This document shows positions 57,735-59,583 of a stretch of 59,583 nt of DNA, in pieces (position 1 is the first letter of the stretch; every line of letters starts with the position of its first letter). The stretch comes from a virus (Duplodnaviria; Caudoviricetes): positions 1 to 59,583 of the IMG/VR virus record IMGVR_UViG_3300049432_000036, one strand, 5' to 3'. Below the pieces are notes generated by a model that did no database searches, was not told the DNA's origin, and saw only the letters and a program-made list of their open reading frames with translations. The position numbers were made by a program, and so were the translations under genes.

Positions 57735-58198
57735 GTCACGGCCCCCGCTGTGGGGCTGCCTCGCTGAGAGAGCGGGCGCGCAACCTACGAGAGATACGGA
57801 CCGGCTAGTTGAGGTTCGGTAGCTCGCAGGGGATGGATCGAGAGATGGTGTCGGTCCGTAGCCCATACTCATCGGCCGGGAATCCGGGAAACTGGAATCG
57901 GCGGAGCCTGCCCTTAGGGAGAGGCTGAGCGGAGCGGAGAGGCACTAGCCCTCGTTGAGGCTCTAATCGGCACGCTACAAGGGAGAGACCGAAGTTGGTC
58001 TAAAGGACGGGTTGTAACACGAACCCCTTACCTGCCATCCACATCTACGGAACCGACTCTCATGGAGTTCGGCGCGGCCTAGGAAGCTACGAAATGACTT
58101 GCAGCCTGGCGGTTGTATCGCCCTCGAAGTCATGGAGAACTGAATAACGTCAACGAAACAAAGCAAGTTGGACGAATCGAAGCGGAGTTGATTCGTCC
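57735..58198 (+). ncRNA. Candidate large structured non-coding RNA (ends approximate)
   Basis: No credible ORF; about ten helices including two 11-bp stems, a GAAA tetraloop and long-range complementarity. Confidence 0.6.
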
Positions 58199-58272
58199 GG
58201 CCCCGTCGTACAAGCAGTAGCGCCAGGGGATGACCTTGGAGATGTCGGTATCGAATCCGACCGGGGCACGCA
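58199..58272 (+). tRNA. Degenerate tRNA-like element (pseudo-tRNA)
   Basis: Acceptor GCCCCG/CGGGGC; 5-7-5 arm CCAGG-GGATGAC-CTTGG; T-arm GTCGG-TATCGAAT-CCGAC; lacks U33, D-loop GG and CCA. Confidence 0.6.
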
Positions 58273-58297
58273 GATACCAACCGATAGGAGCTGCAAA

Positions 58298-58738
58298 ATG
58301 AAGATCAAGTTCATTGCCGAGTACACCGATGGCGTCTACACCTTCCTGGCGCTTGAGACCGGAGACCACCCGACTGGCTACTGTTCGGAGCAGGGTTGCA
58401 TGAACACCCCGAACAGCACCCTGTATGACGTTGAGGGCGACCCGATGTTGTTCTGCGCATACCACATCCAACGTCTCGACCAGGATGACGAGATGGGATG
58501 GAAGCGCGGCCGGACGATTTACCCGGTTGATGCCGATGGAGTCGAGGAGTGCTCGACCCCGGCGCAGATCGTCGCCGAATGGATCATCAACAACCCCGAG
58601 ATGTTCGTCGAGGTTGTGCCGATCCCGTTCAAGGAGATCGTTGCGGAAGACGAGAAGCGCGAGGGCATGCGCGACTGTAAGGGACGCGGGCCGGATCACC
58701 CGCAGTTCGACCCGGAGCAAGCCTACAACTTCAGCTAG
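58298..58738 (+). CDS. Hypothetical early protein with Cys/His motif
   Basis: AGGAG RBS; CSEQGC...FCAYH. Confidence 0.75.
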   Translation: MKIKFIAEYTDGVYTFLALETGDHPTGYCSEQGCMNTPNSTLYDVEGDPMLFCAYHIQRLDQDDEMGWKRGRTIYPVDADGVEECSTPAQIVAEWIINNPEMFVEVVPIPFKEIVAEDEKREGMRDCKGRGPDHPQFDPEQAYNFS

Positions 58739-58793
58739 GTCGAAACGGGGCCATTGGCCCCGTCGTCGCGTAGATGCGCGGCCTGACGAGACC
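58738..58793 (+). ncRNA. Type II hammerhead ribozyme
   Basis: GGTC-GAAA-[CGGGGCC att GGCCCCG]-TC^-[GTCGCGT agat GCGCGGC]-CTGACGA-GACC: complete catalytic core with three closed stems. Confidence 0.9.
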
Positions 58794-58816
58794 GTACCAA
58801 ACAGGAAGGCATTACC

Positions 58817-59509
58817 ATGGCAAACACGACTGCGCGGACTCGCAAGGCCGTCGCCGCAACGAAGACCGCTACTGCGAACATCACCGCCGCACGGAAGGCC
58901 GTAGCGAAGAAGACTGCGGCAGCGCCGGTCGGCGACAAGCCGAAGAAGGAGCAGACCTTCGAGGAGCGCGACTGGACATACTTGGACGACAAGCCACCCA
59001 GCGAGCAGCACGAGATCCTGGCCAAGGAGATCAACCGCCGGACGAACCTGGTGGATGACGACGGCGAGGACACGCCGATCAGCCCGAAGCAGGTCCAGGC
59101 CGTTCTCGCGATGTTCCCGCACTTCCAGCGGTCGGCGACGAACAAGGCCCGCGCCGGTTACCACCCGCTTGCCGCAGAGATCGTGGAGAAGCGTTCGGAG
59201 CACATGACCCTGGCGCACAAGGAAGCACGGGAGATCATGGACGGACTGGCCCAGGAAGTGGCCAAGAAGGCTCCGGCCAAGAAGACCGCAACCCCGAAGG
59301 CCAACCCGGCCGGAGCGGCCAAGGCTGTGGCCAAGCGGGCCGCGAGCCCGAAGCTCAACACCGAGACCCGGCCGTCAACTCCGGCCAATCCCGCGCCGAC
59401 CGCCCCGCTTCCCCACAACGGCAAGGCTCCGGCTCGCAAGGCGCGGGTCACCAAGAAGACCGCCGCGCCGGTCCCCGCGTCCCTGGCTAGCTCCAACGAA
59501 GCGTTCTGA
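58817..59509 (+). CDS. Ala/Lys-rich histone-like early protein
   Basis: AKK/PAKK-rich arms around a folded core; AGGAAGG RBS. Confidence 0.8.
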   Translation: MANTTARTRKAVAATKTATANITAARKAVAKKTAAAPVGDKPKKEQTFEERDWTYLDDKPPSEQHEILAKEINRRTNLVDDDGEDTPISPKQVQAVLAMFPHFQRSATNKARAGYHPLAAEIVEKRSEHMTLAHKEAREIMDGLAQEVAKKAPAKKTATPKANPAGAAKAVAKRAASPKLNTETRPSTPANPAPTAPLPHNGKAPARKARVTKKTAAPVPASLASSNEAF

Positions 59510-59583
59510 GAGGAACTGAAATGCGATTCATCACCAAGGCGAAGTACGCACTCATGATCGTGGCCGTAACGGCCAGCATGGGT
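59457..59583. repeat. 127-bp terminal direct repeat (copy 2)
   Basis: Identical to 1-127. Confidence 0.95.

Larger units (their letters stand above)
1..59583 (+). mobile_element. Complete dsDNA tailed phage genome (siphovirus morphotype, likely actinobacterial host, lytic)
   Basis: Terminase, portal, capsid, tape measure, endolysin/holin and DnaE all present and co-oriented; ends overlap; high GC; no tail sheath or integrase seen. Confidence 0.97.

Noticed and set aside
57735-58272. tmRNA, RNase P RNA or group I/II intron
   Set aside because: No tag ORF or end-to-end acceptor pairing, no GAGGAAAGUCC core, no recognisable domain V or interrupted gene
1-59583. Lysogeny module, DGR/retron reverse transcriptase, alternative genetic code
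   Set aside because: No integrase, repressor or RT motifs seen; all three stop codons terminate genes normally

Overview
The window is the complete circularised genome (59,456 bp unique; bases 1-127 repeat 59457-59583) of a high-GC, apparently lytic siphovirus, most likely of an actinobacterium. All credible genes lie on the + strand, and I see no integrase, repressor or lysin B. Gene order: early/host-interaction genes (~57.7 kb wrapping to ~8 kb, including an SNF2 helicase); replication/recombination (PD-(D/E)XK exonuclease, AAA ATPase, acidic SSB-like protein, DnaG-primase/MCM-like helicase fusion, DnaE, RuvC-like); a large nucleotide-metabolism block around dnaE (15.3-25.2 kb); a probable packaging-start region (~29.8 kb); terminase, portal, head and tail genes; lysis cassette. 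Two candidate undescribed systems stand out. (1) A non-coding RNA locus at the head of the early operon: a ~450-600 nt highly structured RNA, an abutting degenerate tRNA-like element and, one gene downstream, a canonical type II hammerhead ribozyme. (2) A putative modified-nucleotide pathway without a glycosyltransferase: FAD oxidoreductase, HAD, SDR, VOC-fold enzyme, three all-alpha NTP-pyrophosphatase-like proteins, an NDT-like protein and a ThyX that has lost its folate-binding His motifs. Also seen are a likely +1 (UUU_CGU) tail-chaperone frameshift and a recurring CCCTACGCGCGTA palindrome. All family calls come from motifs recognised by eye; no searches were run.
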